Part shown: positions 19,681 to 29,517 of the stretch, one piece after another
How positions within the stretch are numbered: position 1 is the first letter of the stretch
Layout: every line of letters starts with the position of its first letter
Source: a bacterium
GTDB lineage: Bacteria; UBA8248; JACPRG01; G963555815
NCBI GenBank assembly: GCA_965218795.1
Contig: OZ244653.1
Location: 64,001 to 128,000, forward strand
Length of the DNA: 64,000 bases
Reading direction: 5' to 3'
Program-made: the position numbers and the translations under genes
Notes under the pieces: model-generated
Databases searched by the model: none
What the model was told of the DNA's origin: nothing
Seen by the model: only the letters and a program-made list of their open reading frames with translations

Positions 19681-21060
19681 ATGCACAGAGGGATCGTCGT
19701 AGGGATCGCGGTTGTTTGGCTCCTCAGCGGGATGGTGACGCCCCTACGGGCGCAGCAGAACGCGGAACTTTCAAAGCGCATCGAGACCCTGGAGAAGCAG
19801 CTTCAGGAACTCAAGAGCGAGTTGAAGAAACAGGCGGGGGCCGCCAGCAAGAAGGAAGCGGAAAGCCAGGAAAGAACCAAGACCCTCGGGGAGGAATTGG
19901 AATCGCTGAAACTCAAGGTGGCCCTGCCCGAGACCAAGGAGCTGAAAGGCCAATACGGTTTGGGTCCCGCGGCCTCCAAGGTTTATGGAGTCGAACGGGG
20001 TTTATCCATCGGTGGTTACGGGCAGGCATGGCTTCAAACCTATGTCGCGGACAACGAGGAGGCGAAGAAGGAGGACGTCTTCGATTACAAACGGTTCGTG
20101 CTTTATGTCGGTTACAAGTTCACGGACCGAATCATTCTGAACTCGGAGCTCGAATTCGAGCACGCGTCGACAAGTAATACAGGAGCCGGATCCGGCTCGG
20201 TCTCCGTGGAGTTCGCGTCTTTGGATTTCCTGTTGACTGACATATTCAATGTCCGGGCGGGAATGCTCCTTGTGCCCATGGGCTTTCTCAATGAACTCCA
20301 CGAGCCTCCGTTCTACCTGGGCAACGAGCGTCCGGAAGTCGAGCGCCAGATCATCCCAAGCACCTGGCGTGAGAACGGAGCCGGGATCTTCGGTACTTTG
20401 GCTCCGGGCCTGGAGTATCGCTCCTACCTTGTGACGAGTCTGGATGCGGCGGATTTCAAAAACAGCAACATCCGAAGCGCGCGTCAAAAGGGGAATCGGG
20501 CCAAGGCGGAGGACTTCTCCTGGGTCACCCGCGTTGATTACAGCCCACCGCAGATCCCGGGCCTCCTGGTCGGGACCTCTGTCTACTGGGGAGATCAAGG
20601 GCATTCTCTCAAGCACAATGGAAAAGAGCTTGATGTAGACATGCTCTTCTACGACTTCCACGCCCAGTATCAGCTTCACGGGCTTTATCTGCGGGGTCTG
20701 TTTACCCAGGCGCACATTGGCGACGCCGAACTTCTCAGCCGATTCAGGGGAAGTAACGGACCGATCAGCGAAAGAATTCAGGGATGGTACGTGGAGGCGG
20801 GTTATGACATTATGCCGCTCTTTGACCCCTCATCCAAACATGCCTTGATCCCGTTTTACAGGCATGAGGAGTACGATACCCAAGCGTCCGTCCCCTCCGG
20901 CTTCGTCCCCAAGGCGGGCAGGCACAAGATCGTCAACACGTTTGGGGTCAATTACAAGCCTCACCCGAATGTCGTCATCAAAGTCGATATGCGGCTCTTC
21001 GAGTCGAATAAAGGCACCGAGCCCGATGATTTCAACATCGGTGTCGGCTTCGCTTTCTAG
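19681..21060 (+). CDS. Outer-membrane porin-like beta-barrel with N-terminal coiled coil
   Basis: Signal peptide, coiled coil, RFVLYVGYKF, NSELEFEHA, NELHEPP, IIPSTWRE, terminal aromatic GVGFAF. Confidence 0.82.
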   Translation: MHRGIVVGIAVVWLLSGMVTPLRAQQNAELSKRIETLEKQLQELKSELKKQAGAASKKEAESQERTKTLGEELESLKLKVALPETKELKGQYGLGPAASKVYGVERGLSIGGYGQAWLQTYVADNEEAKKEDVFDYKRFVLYVGYKFTDRIILNSELEFEHASTSNTGAGSGSVSVEFASLDFLLTDIFNVRAGMLLVPMGFLNELHEPPFYLGNERPEVERQIIPSTWRENGAGIFGTLAPGLEYRSYLVTSLDAADFKNSNIRSARQKGNRAKAEDFSWVTRVDYSPPQIPGLLVGTSVYWGDQGHSLKHNGKELDVDMLFYDFHAQYQLHGLYLRGLFTQAHIGDAELLSRFRGSNGPISERIQGWYVEAGYDIMPLFDPSSKHALIPFYRHEEYDTQASVPSGFVPKAGRHKIVNTFGVNYKPHPNVVIKVDMRLFESNKGTEPDDFNIGVGFAF

Positions 21061-21075
21061 CGTTCCGGCGCCGAC

Positions 21076-21130
21076 AACGGGCTCCGGCCCGAGCCCCCTG
21101 GTTCATTCACGCCAAGGGCCGGAGCCCGTT
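21076..21130. repeat. 15-bp perfect inverted repeat after the porin gene
   Basis: AACGGGCTCCGGCCC ... GGGCCGGAGCCCGTT with no U-tract; possibly an mRNA-stabilising stem. Confidence 0.6.
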
Positions 21131-21159
21131 CCACATTCCGGAAGAGAGAGGTCAACGGG

Positions 21160-21750
21160 ATGGAGCAACTGAAACTGACACACTTTTACTTCTGCAAGAA
21201 ATGTCCGGCCTATGAGGCCGTCTTCCAGCAGGTCGAGGGGGAAGGTGTGCTCCGAATCCCTCTGTCGATGCGCGAGCTAAACTTCGTCTGCCGGAGACCT
21301 TGTGAGGTGAGCGCTCCGCCGCCTCCGCTGGTTCGGACGGTCGGAGCCTTGCTGGACGGCGTCGGCCTTTCGCCCGACCGGGTGAGCCTGGACATTCGCG
21401 AGAGGGATATTCTGAGCGCCTATCTCCATCTGAATCGTCAGGCCAAAGGGGCAAGCGGTGGGCCGGGAACAGAGGAATCGATGGTTCCATTGCCGCCGGG
21501 CGATGGGGTTGTGATGAGCGTTTATTTCGGGGTGCCGTTCTACGCCCCCCGGGAATCACTCGTGAGTGCGGATGAGCTGGAAGAAAGACATGGGCTTCCG
21601 AAGGACTCCCTGAGGCCGGGAATGGAGGATGAGATCGTCTTTCACGAGGATGGGCGCCTCCATCCGAATGAGGAAGAGTTTCCGGCGGAGGGTCGAATCC
21701 GGGCGTGGCTCGACAAGCTTCGACCCGAAGATTTCCGATCCTCTCTTTGA
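21160..21750 (+). CDS. Divergent DUF151/bifunctional-nuclease-like protein 2 with CxxC
   Basis: Residue pattern matches DUF151 (VLRIPL..RE, PPPLV..V..LL..VG...DRV, SAYLHL, PGDGVVMS..FGVPFY) and ends in the WLDKLRPEDF tail typical of the family. N-terminal FCKKCP. Confidence 0.62.
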   Translation: MEQLKLTHFYFCKKCPAYEAVFQQVEGEGVLRIPLSMRELNFVCRRPCEVSAPPPPLVRTVGALLDGVGLSPDRVSLDIRERDILSAYLHLNRQAKGASGGPGTEESMVPLPPGDGVVMSVYFGVPFYAPRESLVSADELEERHGLPKDSLRPGMEDEIVFHEDGRLHPNEEEFPAEGRIRAWLDKLRPEDFRSSL

Positions 21751-21791
21751 CGGCTCGGTTTTCCCCACTCCTTCATCAAGGGGGCGAAGAA

Positions 21792-22361
21792 GTGGCGGGA
21801 CGGTTGGGTGTATGCGTGACGCAAGGGGTGATTGCGGTGGGCCTGGTCCTGTCGTTTGGAGCCGGGACTGTCCGATCGGGCGTCATTCTGTCGAAAGAGG
21901 AGGCCTTGGAACTGGCCTTTCCCGGCGCCCACCGGGTCGAAAAGAAGACCTTTTTCCTCAACGCCGATCAGGTCAGACAGGTGGAAAAACTGTCCGGCGC
22001 AAAGTTGGATTCCAAGCTCTTCACGTTCTATGTGGGCATGAAGGGCGAACGAAGAATCGGTTATGCGGCCTTCGATGTTCATATCGTCCGCACTTTGCCG
22101 GAGGCCTTCCTGATCCTTCTCGCGCCGGACGGGAGCGTGAAGAATACGCTGTTGCTGGCCTTCTACGAGCCGAAGGAATACGAGCCGCCGGATCACTGGC
22201 TCCGTCAGTTCCGTGGCCGAACGCTTTCGCCGGAACTCCAGGTCGGTCGTCGGGTCCACGGCATTGCGGGCTCCACGCTGACCGCCTGGGCGGTCGCCCG
22301 CGCGGTCCGTAAGGTTCTGGCCCTCTATCAGGTCCTGATCGCCGGAGGCGAGGCACCATGA
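21792..22361 (+). CDS. Extracytoplasmic FMN-binding (flavinylation substrate) protein
   Basis: Signal peptide, EEALELAFP, LAFYEPKEY, WLRQFRG, C-terminal HGIAGSTLTA..VARAVR resembling the FMN_bind SGAT motif. GTG start inferred. Confidence 0.8.
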   Translation: MAGRLGVCVTQGVIAVGLVLSFGAGTVRSGVILSKEEALELAFPGAHRVEKKTFFLNADQVRQVEKLSGAKLDSKLFTFYVGMKGERRIGYAAFDVHIVRTLPEAFLILLAPDGSVKNTLLLAFYEPKEYEPPDHWLRQFRGRTLSPELQVGRRVHGIAGSTLTAWAVARAVRKVLALYQVLIAGGEAP

Positions 22362-22873
22362 GGTTTGTCGTCACCGGCGAATGGAAGACCAACAGCCTGC
22401 TTCGACTCGTCATCGTATTGTTCCTGGGGTTTGCGGCGTTTCTCTGGCTGACGAACGCGCTCCTCTACTTCGCCAAGATGGGCCTGACGCCGGAATCCGT
22501 TGCGCAATATTACCGGGGAAACGAAGAGCGCTACCTCCGCCCGCGCAGCTATCTCATCCTGTTGGAAATTTCTCATTTCCACCTGTTCGCCATGTCCATA
22601 TTGCTTCTGACCTTGGGGCATTTGGTGCTTTTCGTGCCGATCCGCCCCCAATGGAAGGCGTGCTTGATCGTCGTCTCGTTCGGCTCCGCCTTTTCCGATG
22701 AAGCGATGGGGTGGCTCACGCGTTATGTCCATGCGGGTTTCGCCCTCGGAAAGATCATGTCCTTCCTTCTCCTGCAGGTTTCCCTGGCCGCCATGATCGG
22801 GATGATTTTCTACGGAACGATCAAGCCCCGCCGCAATGCGTATTCGGACCCATGGAAGGGGGAGAAACCCTGA
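22358..22873 (+). CDS. Four-TM membrane protein with histidines (candidate heme b carrier)
   Basis: Four hydrophobic segments, LEISHFHLFAM...LGHL. Translationally coupled to both neighbours. Confidence 0.7.
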   Translation: MRFVVTGEWKTNSLLRLVIVLFLGFAAFLWLTNALLYFAKMGLTPESVAQYYRGNEERYLRPRSYLILLEISHFHLFAMSILLLTLGHLVLFVPIRPQWKACLIVVSFGSAFSDEAMGWLTRYVHAGFALGKIMSFLLLQVSLAAMIGMIFYGTIKPRRNAYSDPWKGEKP

Positions 22874-23967
22874 TGGGATTCGCTGACGGAAAGAACATGC
22901 GGAGGCTTTCGAGGGTCTGTCTCCTGTTTCTCATGGCCGCGATCCCGGTCTCGGCTGCGGGGTCGGATGCCGCGCGGGGGCGCGTCCAGACGCAAGGCCG
23001 TATCGTCATGGGGACCGTCCTACGGATCACGCTGACCGAGCCCCGGCCGGGGAAGAGCGAGGCGATCTTCGAACGGGCCTTTCGCGAAGCGCGAAATCTG
23101 GACCTCATGCTGAGCCACTACCGCACCGACAGCGTACTTTCTCAATTGAACGCTTTGGCCGGGCAAAGGTCCGCCGAAGTGCCGGACGAGCTCTACCGGG
23201 TTCTACAGATGTCGGCGCGATTCAGCCGCCTGACGGAAGGGGCCTTCGACGTGACGCTCGGGCCTTTGTTTCGGGCATGGGAGCGCGCGGGCCGGTCCGG
23301 ACGCCTCCCGCAAGACCTGACGCGGACATTGCGGCGGGTCGGATGGCGCCACCTGGAATTTCAAGACAAGAACCGTGTCGGCCTGAGAAGGCGCGGAATG
23401 AGGCTGAACCTGGGCGCCGTCGGAAAGGGATTCGCGGTGGACAAGGTGATTGATGTCCTGCGCCGATCCGGAGTCTGCTGCGCCCTGGTTGATTTCGGGG
23501 GGAGCGCCTTCTTCGCCCTGGGCGCGCCTGACGGGGACCGGGCCTGGAACTTGTGGGTGCCCGGCATCGACGCGCAATCTCCCATCGGTGTGGTTTCGCT
23601 TCGGGATCAGGCCCTCTCCGTATCGTCCGCGTTCGGCAACAAATTCGTCATTCAAGGAAGGGTGTACGGGCATATCCTCGATCCCCGGACGGGCCGGCCG
23701 CTCACTCGGCCCGCTGTGGCCGCTGTCATCGCCCCGAGCGGGGCGGAAGCCGATGCCCTCTCGACCGCATTGCTGGTTCTCGGGCCCCGTCGTGGCCCTG
23801 CGGTTCTTGAGCGGTTCAAGGGCGTCCGCGCCCTGTATGACTCGGAGGCGGTCTCCTGGATCTCCCGTCCGATCACCCTATCGCCGGGGGCCGCCCCCGC
23901 TTGGCGCCCGGCAAAGGAGGACAACCCGGGACGACGGCCACCGCCCGATGTCCGATCGGAATCTTGA
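22873..23967 (+). CDS. apbE: FAD:protein FMN transferase
   Basis: MGT, SHYRTDS, GAFDVTLGPL, LGAVGKGFAVD, GHILDPRTG, ADALSTAL. Confidence 0.93.
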   Translation: MGFADGKNMRRLSRVCLLFLMAAIPVSAAGSDAARGRVQTQGRIVMGTVLRITLTEPRPGKSEAIFERAFREARNLDLMLSHYRTDSVLSQLNALAGQRSAEVPDELYRVLQMSARFSRLTEGAFDVTLGPLFRAWERAGRSGRLPQDLTRTLRRVGWRHLEFQDKNRVGLRRRGMRLNLGAVGKGFAVDKVIDVLRRSGVCCALVDFGGSAFFALGAPDGDRAWNLWVPGIDAQSPIGVVSLRDQALSVSSAFGNKFVIQGRVYGHILDPRTGRPLTRPAVAAVIAPSGAEADALSTALLVLGPRRGPAVLERFKGVRALYDSEAVSWISRPITLSPGAAPAWRPAKEDNPGRRPPPDVRSES

Positions 23968-24057
23968 GTCTTCCTGAAGGGGGCGACCCCACACCCGGTT
24001 TCCACTGTTGAAGTGGATACTCCAGAGAGCAACCGAACCCAAAAAGGAGAATGAGCG

Positions 24058-25116
24058 GTGAATCCTTGGAAGAACGCTCGACCGTTCGTCACATTGATTT
24101 CCCGACGGCATTCCTTTGCCGCGATTTTGGCCGCGGTCTGTATTCTGGCCGTCGGACCAAGTTCGGCCGGGTCCGAAGAAACCCTGACGATCTATTCCGG
24201 TCGCTCCCAGAAGCTGGTGAGCGGGCTCTTCAAGTCCTTTTCGGAAAAGACCGGCATCCGCGTGAAGGTCCGGTACGCGAAGACGGCGGCCCTGGCCAAT
24301 CAGCTCATGGAGGAGCGGTCCCAGAGCCCGGCCGATCTCTTCTTCGCGCAGGATTCCGGCGCATTGGGCGCCGTGGCCGGGCAGGGGCTGTTTCGACCCC
24401 TCCCCACGGACATCCTGAGTCAGGCGCCTCCCTCCTTCCGGTCCGAAAAAGGGGACTGGGTGGGTCTTTCGGGCAGGGCCCGTGTCCTTGCCTATTCCAC
24501 CAAACGTCTCAGCGATGGTGACCTGCCGAAGTCCATTTTCGACCTGACCGACCCCAAATGGAAAGGCAGAATTGGACTTCCGCCCACGAACGCTTCGTTC
24601 CAGGCCTTTGTGTCGGCGATGCGGATTCGCGTCGGCGATAAGAAGACCTTGGCCTGGCTGAAGGGAATCGTGGCGAATCAACCGAAGTATTACGTGAAAA
24701 ACACCCCCACAGTGAAAGCCATTGCAGACGGTGAAATCGATGTCGGACTCGTCAATCATTATTACCTGTATCGATTCATCCGAAAGGAGGGGCCGAAGTT
24801 CCCGGTCCGTAATTACTATTTTCCGAATGGAGACATCGGAGCCCTGATCAATGTCGCCGGAGCCGGGATCCTCAAGTCTTCCAGGAAGCCCTCCCAGGCG
24901 GAAAGATTCATCCGCTTCGTGCTGTCCCGGACCGGTCAGAAGATTCTGGTCGAGGGGAACAACGAATACCCCGTGGTCAAGGGGTTCCCGTTGAACCCCA
25001 AGCGGGGGCTTCGTGACGTTCGTGAGATCAAGACGCCCGGAATCGACCTCGGCAAGCTGACCGACGTGCGGGGAACCGTCCGTCTCCTCCAGCAGGCCGG
25101 GATGCTGCCCGAGTAG
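24058..25116 (+). CDS. Fe(III) ABC substrate-binding protein (FbpA/FutA type)
   Basis: LTIYSGR, SPADLFFAQDSG, WVGLSGRAR, PTNASFQ, VNHYY iron-ligand tyrosines. Confidence 0.92.
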   Translation: MNPWKNARPFVTLISRRHSFAAILAAVCILAVGPSSAGSEETLTIYSGRSQKLVSGLFKSFSEKTGIRVKVRYAKTAALANQLMEERSQSPADLFFAQDSGALGAVAGQGLFRPLPTDILSQAPPSFRSEKGDWVGLSGRARVLAYSTKRLSDGDLPKSIFDLTDPKWKGRIGLPPTNASFQAFVSAMRIRVGDKKTLAWLKGIVANQPKYYVKNTPTVKAIADGEIDVGLVNHYYLYRFIRKEGPKFPVRNYYFPNGDIGALINVAGAGILKSSRKPSQAERFIRFVLSRTGQKILVEGNNEYPVVKGFPLNPKRGLRDVREIKTPGIDLGKLTDVRGTVRLLQQAGMLPE

Positions 25117-25277
25117 AGGGCCCCTACCTTTCACCCAGTTGCACATCGGCTTCCAAGAGAGGGAGGCCATTGGTAAGAATCCAAAAGATAAACAGGAGAT
25201 CAAATGAGCGTTTGTATTCACGCCAACGCTTTGGGACCGGGTTCGTACGGTTGGCAGAACGAGAAAGGAGAGCACGC

Positions 25278-26537
25278 ATGAGAACCCTGACGAGAACCCT
25301 GATCGTGGCGGGCATCGCTGCCATGTTGGCCACCCCTGCCGCCGCCGTCGCGCCGGAGGCGGTCGTTACAACCTACGCCAATATCGCGGCGGCCGGATAC
25401 GCTGACTCGCTGGCGGCGGCGCGCGATCTGCGCGCGGCCGTCGGCGCCCTGGTCAAGGCCCCCTCGCCGGAGACGCTGGAAACGGCGAAGAAGGCGTGGG
25501 TGCGCGCCCGCGTCCCCTATCAGCAGACCGAGGTATTTCGTTTCGGCAACCCGATTGTTGACGACTGGGAAGGCAAGGTGAACGCTTGGCCGCTCGACGA
25601 GGGACTCATTGACTATGTCGATGCCGATCACGGCGGAAACGATGAAAACCCGTATGCGCGGGTGAACGTGATCGCGAACTCGACCTTCACCGTTTCGGGC
25701 CGCGAGATCGACGCGCGCGAGATCACCCCGGCGTTGCTTGAATCGCTGCATGAGATCGACGGGGTCGAGGCGAACGTCGCTACCGGCTACCACGCCATCG
25801 AGTTTCTACTGTGGGGGCAAGACCTGAACGGCACCGGCCCGGGCGCGGGCGCACGGCCCTACACCGATTTCGACGCTGCCAATTGCCCCAGCGGCAATTG
25901 CGATCGGCGCGCCGCCTATTTGATTGCGGCGACGGACCTGCTGGTCTCCGACCTCGAGAGCATGGTCGCGGCGTGGAAGCCGGAAGGCGCCGCGCGCAAA
26001 GCGGTCACCAAAAGTCCCCGGGAAGGCGTCGTCGCCGCCTTCACCGGCATGGGTTCGCTCTCCTACGGTGAGCAGGCGGGCGAGCGCATGAAGCTCGGAC
26101 TGATGCTCCACGACCCGGAGGAAGAGCACGACTGCTTCTCCGACAATACGCACAACTCGCACTACTACGACGGGGTGGGGGTCCGAAACGTCTATCTCGG
26201 CCGTTATGTGCGGATCGATGGGTCACTGGTGCGCGGGCCGTCGCTTTCGAACCTCGTCGCCGCCGCGGCCCCCGACGTCGACAGGGCGCTCCGCGCTGAT
26301 CTCGATGCCACGATGGCAGCGCTTGGAGCGATCAAGGCCACAGCGGAGGCGGGAACCGCCTATGACCAGATGCTGGGTGCAGGAAACACGGCAGGAGAAG
26401 CGCTGATCATGGCGGCCATTAACGCGCTGGTCGCGCAGACCCGTAACATCGAACGCGCGGTGGAGGCGCTGAGCATCCCGTCGATCGAATTCGAAGGCTC
26501 CGATAGTCTCGATAATCCAAGCGCGGTCTTCCAGTAG
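25278..26537 (+). CDS. Imelysin-like iron-regulated protein (IrpA, peptidase M75 family)
   Basis: ARVPYQQTEVFRFGN, VNAWPLDEGLIDY, ATGYHAIEFLLWGQD, EEEHDCFSDNTH. Confidence 0.93.
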   Translation: MRTLTRTLIVAGIAAMLATPAAAVAPEAVVTTYANIAAAGYADSLAAARDLRAAVGALVKAPSPETLETAKKAWVRARVPYQQTEVFRFGNPIVDDWEGKVNAWPLDEGLIDYVDADHGGNDENPYARVNVIANSTFTVSGREIDAREITPALLESLHEIDGVEANVATGYHAIEFLLWGQDLNGTGPGAGARPYTDFDAANCPSGNCDRRAAYLIAATDLLVSDLESMVAAWKPEGAARKAVTKSPREGVVAAFTGMGSLSYGEQAGERMKLGLMLHDPEEEHDCFSDNTHNSHYYDGVGVRNVYLGRYVRIDGSLVRGPSLSNLVAAAAPDVDRALRADLDATMAALGAIKATAEAGTAYDQMLGAGNTAGEALIMAAINALVAQTRNIERAVEALSIPSIEFEGSDSLDNPSAVFQ

Positions 26538-26611
26538 GGCTGCGAACGGTGAACCAAGGGTTGGGAACGGACGACCGGCACATGCCTTCTGACAACGACA
26601 GGGAGGTCGAA

Positions 26612-27679
26612 TTGCGTAAAAAGCTATTCTTTCCGCTCGTGATGGTGATGCTGTGGGTCGCTGTGCAGGCGCCTGCTTTGGCCCAAGAGACGGCCCAAAA
26701 GACGGCATTCCCACGCCTGGAGTGGTCCTTCGCGGCGGAGATCGAAAACGATTTCACCACTTCGGCGGATGATCCGGAGGCTGAGATAAACGATCTTTTT
26801 CCGACGATTGAACCCGCTTTGTCCCTGCGCTTGAACGAAGCGTTCAGTGTGAACGTGAGCGCCGTTATCGAGCCGGTGCTGGATCCGGTGGATGACCGTA
26901 CCTTCAAGGATATCGGCGGCTATGTCGATACGCTGTTCATGCAATACGAAAGCTCTATAGCGTCCATCGCCCTTGGAAAGCTCGGTGTCCCGTTCGGCGT
27001 TGCCTGGGACATCGCCCCCGGGATTTACGGTACCGGTTTCCCCGAGGATTACGAAACCGCCGAACAGATCGGCAGCGTCATCTCTGCTCCGATCCCGGTG
27101 TTGCCCGGTGTGCCGACGCTCTCTGTCTCGGCGTTCTTCGCCGATACGACGGCCTTGAGCGAATCGGTCGGGGAGAATCGCGGCCGGACGCGTAAGTCCG
27201 ACGGCGGAGTGGGCAACACGGAAAGCCTCGAGAACTTTGCGGTCTCGCTCGACGGCGGCCTTGCCGGTACGACCTATTCGCTCGGCTTCCGCCGTCTTGC
27301 CGCGGGCGAGGGCGATCCGGAAGACGAGTACGGCGTTGCATTCGGGCTCGCCCGTACCATCGACCTGGGCGAAGACATGAGCCTGGAGGCGCTTGGCGAG
27401 ATCGTCCATTTCATCAACACCGGAGGCGCCGCCGAGGAGAACTCCCTATATCTGACGCTCGGTGCTGCGCTTACGAAGGGAGATTGGACGGGATCGGCCG
27501 TCTATGCGCTGCGCAGCTTCGAAGACGCCAACACCGATCGCATGGCGACGGTCGGGCTCGAATACGCAATCGCGGAGGGCGTGAGCTTCGGCGTCGCCTA
27601 TCGCTACGGGCGCGAGGACGAGGAAATCTCACATATCCAGGGCGCGCTGCTGGCGGTGGAGTTCGAAGGTATCCTGTGA
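26612..27679 (+). CDS. Acidic outer-membrane beta-barrel/porin-like protein
   Basis: Signal peptide after a TTG start with GGGAGG RBS, amphipathic strands, GKLGVPFGVAWDIAPGIYG. Confidence 0.6.
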   Translation: MRKKLFFPLVMVMLWVAVQAPALAQETAQKTAFPRLEWSFAAEIENDFTTSADDPEAEINDLFPTIEPALSLRLNEAFSVNVSAVIEPVLDPVDDRTFKDIGGYVDTLFMQYESSIASIALGKLGVPFGVAWDIAPGIYGTGFPEDYETAEQIGSVISAPIPVLPGVPTLSVSAFFADTTALSESVGENRGRTRKSDGGVGNTESLENFAVSLDGGLAGTTYSLGFRRLAAGEGDPEDEYGVAFGLARTIDLGEDMSLEALGEIVHFINTGGAAEENSLYLTLGAALTKGDWTGSAVYALRSFEDANTDRMATVGLEYAIAEGVSFGVAYRYGREDEEISHIQGALLAVEFEGIL

Positions 27680-27817
27680 CATGAAGGGCGGTCGGCGGTC
27701 CTGAGACAGGGCCGCTGGGACGCCCTCCGCCGTCGCTCATGGCGCATCGCGCGGTATGCGATCCGTCGAGAAATTGAATTCCCTTACGGCGCGGTGGTGG
27801 TCTTCGGAGGCGTGCGC

Positions 27818-28000
27818 ATGCTCGTTTGCTCTTGCACTCTCATAGACGACCGGGCCATTCGCGCCACGGCGAAAACAGCGGGTTTGCGGGCGAGCCGCTC
27901 ACCTGCGGTGTCCTCTATTGCCGCTTGGGCAAGCGGATCCGTTGCGGCAATTGCCGGCTGCTAATGATAAGGATCATCGATAAGTTTCACGTACGCAGCT
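27818..28000 (+). pseudogene. Bfd-like [2Fe-2S] ferredoxin, frameshifted and running in frame into the di-heme gene
   Basis: GGAGG RBS then MLVCSCTLIDDRAIRA (CxC). The second half LYCRLGKRIRCGNC (CxxC) is in the frame of ORF 27826-29517. Not called as its own ORF in the track. Confidence 0.7.
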
Positions 28001-29517
28001 TAGCCTACCCGAGTGTCGCATTCACGCTCATCCTCGGAGTTGCGGCCGCATCCGTCGCCGCGCCTTTGGAGGATCCGCATCTTATTACGGTCCCGCGCAC
28101 CGAGGCGGAGGCCGATCGCATCGCGGCGGTCGTCGCTCCGACGGAAGACTTTACCAAGCCCGAACGCTACGAGAAGCGTCCGGGGGGCGCCGCGACCAGC
28201 TTCAAGCGCGTCAACAGCGACGTGTTTTCCCATGCCTCTGCCAACATGCCGTTCGAACGGGAGTTGCGGTTCCAGGTCGGCAACGGATTCTTCAGAAAGC
28301 TCTGGGTCACTGCCCCGGCCTCGACGCAGGCCAGCGACGGCCTGGGTCCGCTCTACAACGCGCGCGCCTGTCAGCGCTGCCACATCAAGGATGGCCGCGG
28401 CCATCCGTCGGACGGCGATGTGAACAGCGTCTCCATGCTCTTGCGCCTGTCGATTCCGAGGGGCGAGAGTGATCTATCGACGGAGCGCCTCGCCCGTCTC
28501 GGCGCGGTGCCGGAACCGACCTACGGAACCCAGCTTCAAGACCGCTCCATCCCCGGTGTGCCTGCCGAGGGACGTATGGCGATGGAGTATGAGGAGTTCA
28601 CGGTCGAGCTCGGCGGAGGGGAGCGCGCGACGCTGCGCCGCCCGACCTATCGAGTCATGGACCTGGGCTATGGGCCGCTCCATCCCGAGACCATGCTCTC
28701 ACCCCGCGTCGCGCCGCCGATGATTGGACTCGGCCTTATCGAGGCGGTACCAGAAACGGACATCCTCGCCGCCGCCGATCCAGAGGACGCCGACGGAGAC
28801 GGGATCTCGGGACGACCCAACCGTGTTTGGAGCGCCGAGTTCGGACAGTGGATGCTCGGGCGCTTTGGCTGGAAAGCCGGGGCACCGACCGTGCGCGCGC
28901 AGTCCGCTGGCGCGTTCTCGGCCGACATCGGGCTGGCGACTTCGCTCCATCCTGACGGCTGGGGCGAATGCACACCGGCGCAGGCGGCCTGCCGCGCCGC
29001 ACCGCATGGCGGCTCGCCGCAATACGCCGGTCTTGAAGTGCATGACGAAGTGCTCGACCTGGTGACCTTCTATGCGCGCAATCTCGCGGTTCCGGCACGG
29101 CGAGACGTGGGCGGCGCACGGGTGTTACGGGGCAAGACGTTGTTCTACCGATCCGGGTGTGCGCAATGCCATCGTCCGAAATTTGTGACCCATCGCCTCG
29201 CCGACCGACCAGAGCAGAGCTTCCAGCTCATCTGGCCATATTCGGATTTTCTGCTGCACGACATGGGCGAGAGGCTTGCCGACGGCCGGCCGGAATGGAG
29301 CGCCACTGGCCGCGAATGGCGCACCGCGCCACTTTGGGGAATCGGACTGACCGAGACCGTCAACGGCCACAGCTTTTTCCTGCATGACGGCCGGGCGCGC
29401 TCGTTGCTTGAGGCGGTCCTCTGGCATGGCGGCGAGGCGGAGGACGCGAAGGAGCGAGTGCGGCGGATGGAGCCCGAGGATCGCAACGCGCTCATCACTT
29501 TTCTGGAGTCGCTGTGA
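27964..29517 (+). CDS. Di-heme oxidoreductase family protein (DHOR/IrpB-like)
   Basis: SDGLGPLYNARACQRCH and GCAQCH heme motifs, SPRVAPPMIGLGLIEA, WRTAPLWGIG, LHDGRAR, WHGGEA. Start uncertain. Confidence 0.92.
   Translation: MIRIIDKFHVRSLAYPSVAFTLILGVAAASVAAPLEDPHLITVPRTEAEADRIAAVVAPTEDFTKPERYEKRPGGAATSFKRVNSDVFSHASANMPFERELRFQVGNGFFRKLWVTAPASTQASDGLGPLYNARACQRCHIKDGRGHPSDGDVNSVSMLLRLSIPRGESDLSTERLARLGAVPEPTYGTQLQDRSIPGVPAEGRMAMEYEEFTVELGGGERATLRRPTYRVMDLGYGPLHPETMLSPRVAPPMIGLGLIEAVPETDILAAADPEDADGDGISGRPNRVWSAEFGQWMLGRFGWKAGAPTVRAQSAGAFSADIGLATSLHPDGWGECTPAQAACRAAPHGGSPQYAGLEVHDEVLDLVTFYARNLAVPARRDVGGARVLRGKTLFYRSGCAQCHRPKFVTHRLADRPEQSFQLIWPYSDFLLHDMGERLADGRPEWSATGREWRTAPLWGIGLTETVNGHSFFLHDGRARSLLEAVLWHGGEAEDAKERVRRMEPEDRNALITFLESL

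Noticed and set aside
25185-25225. Fur box upstream of the imelysin gene
   Set aside because: AAATGAGCGTTTGTATTCA is only a weak match to GATAATGATAATCATTATC and is not palindromic.
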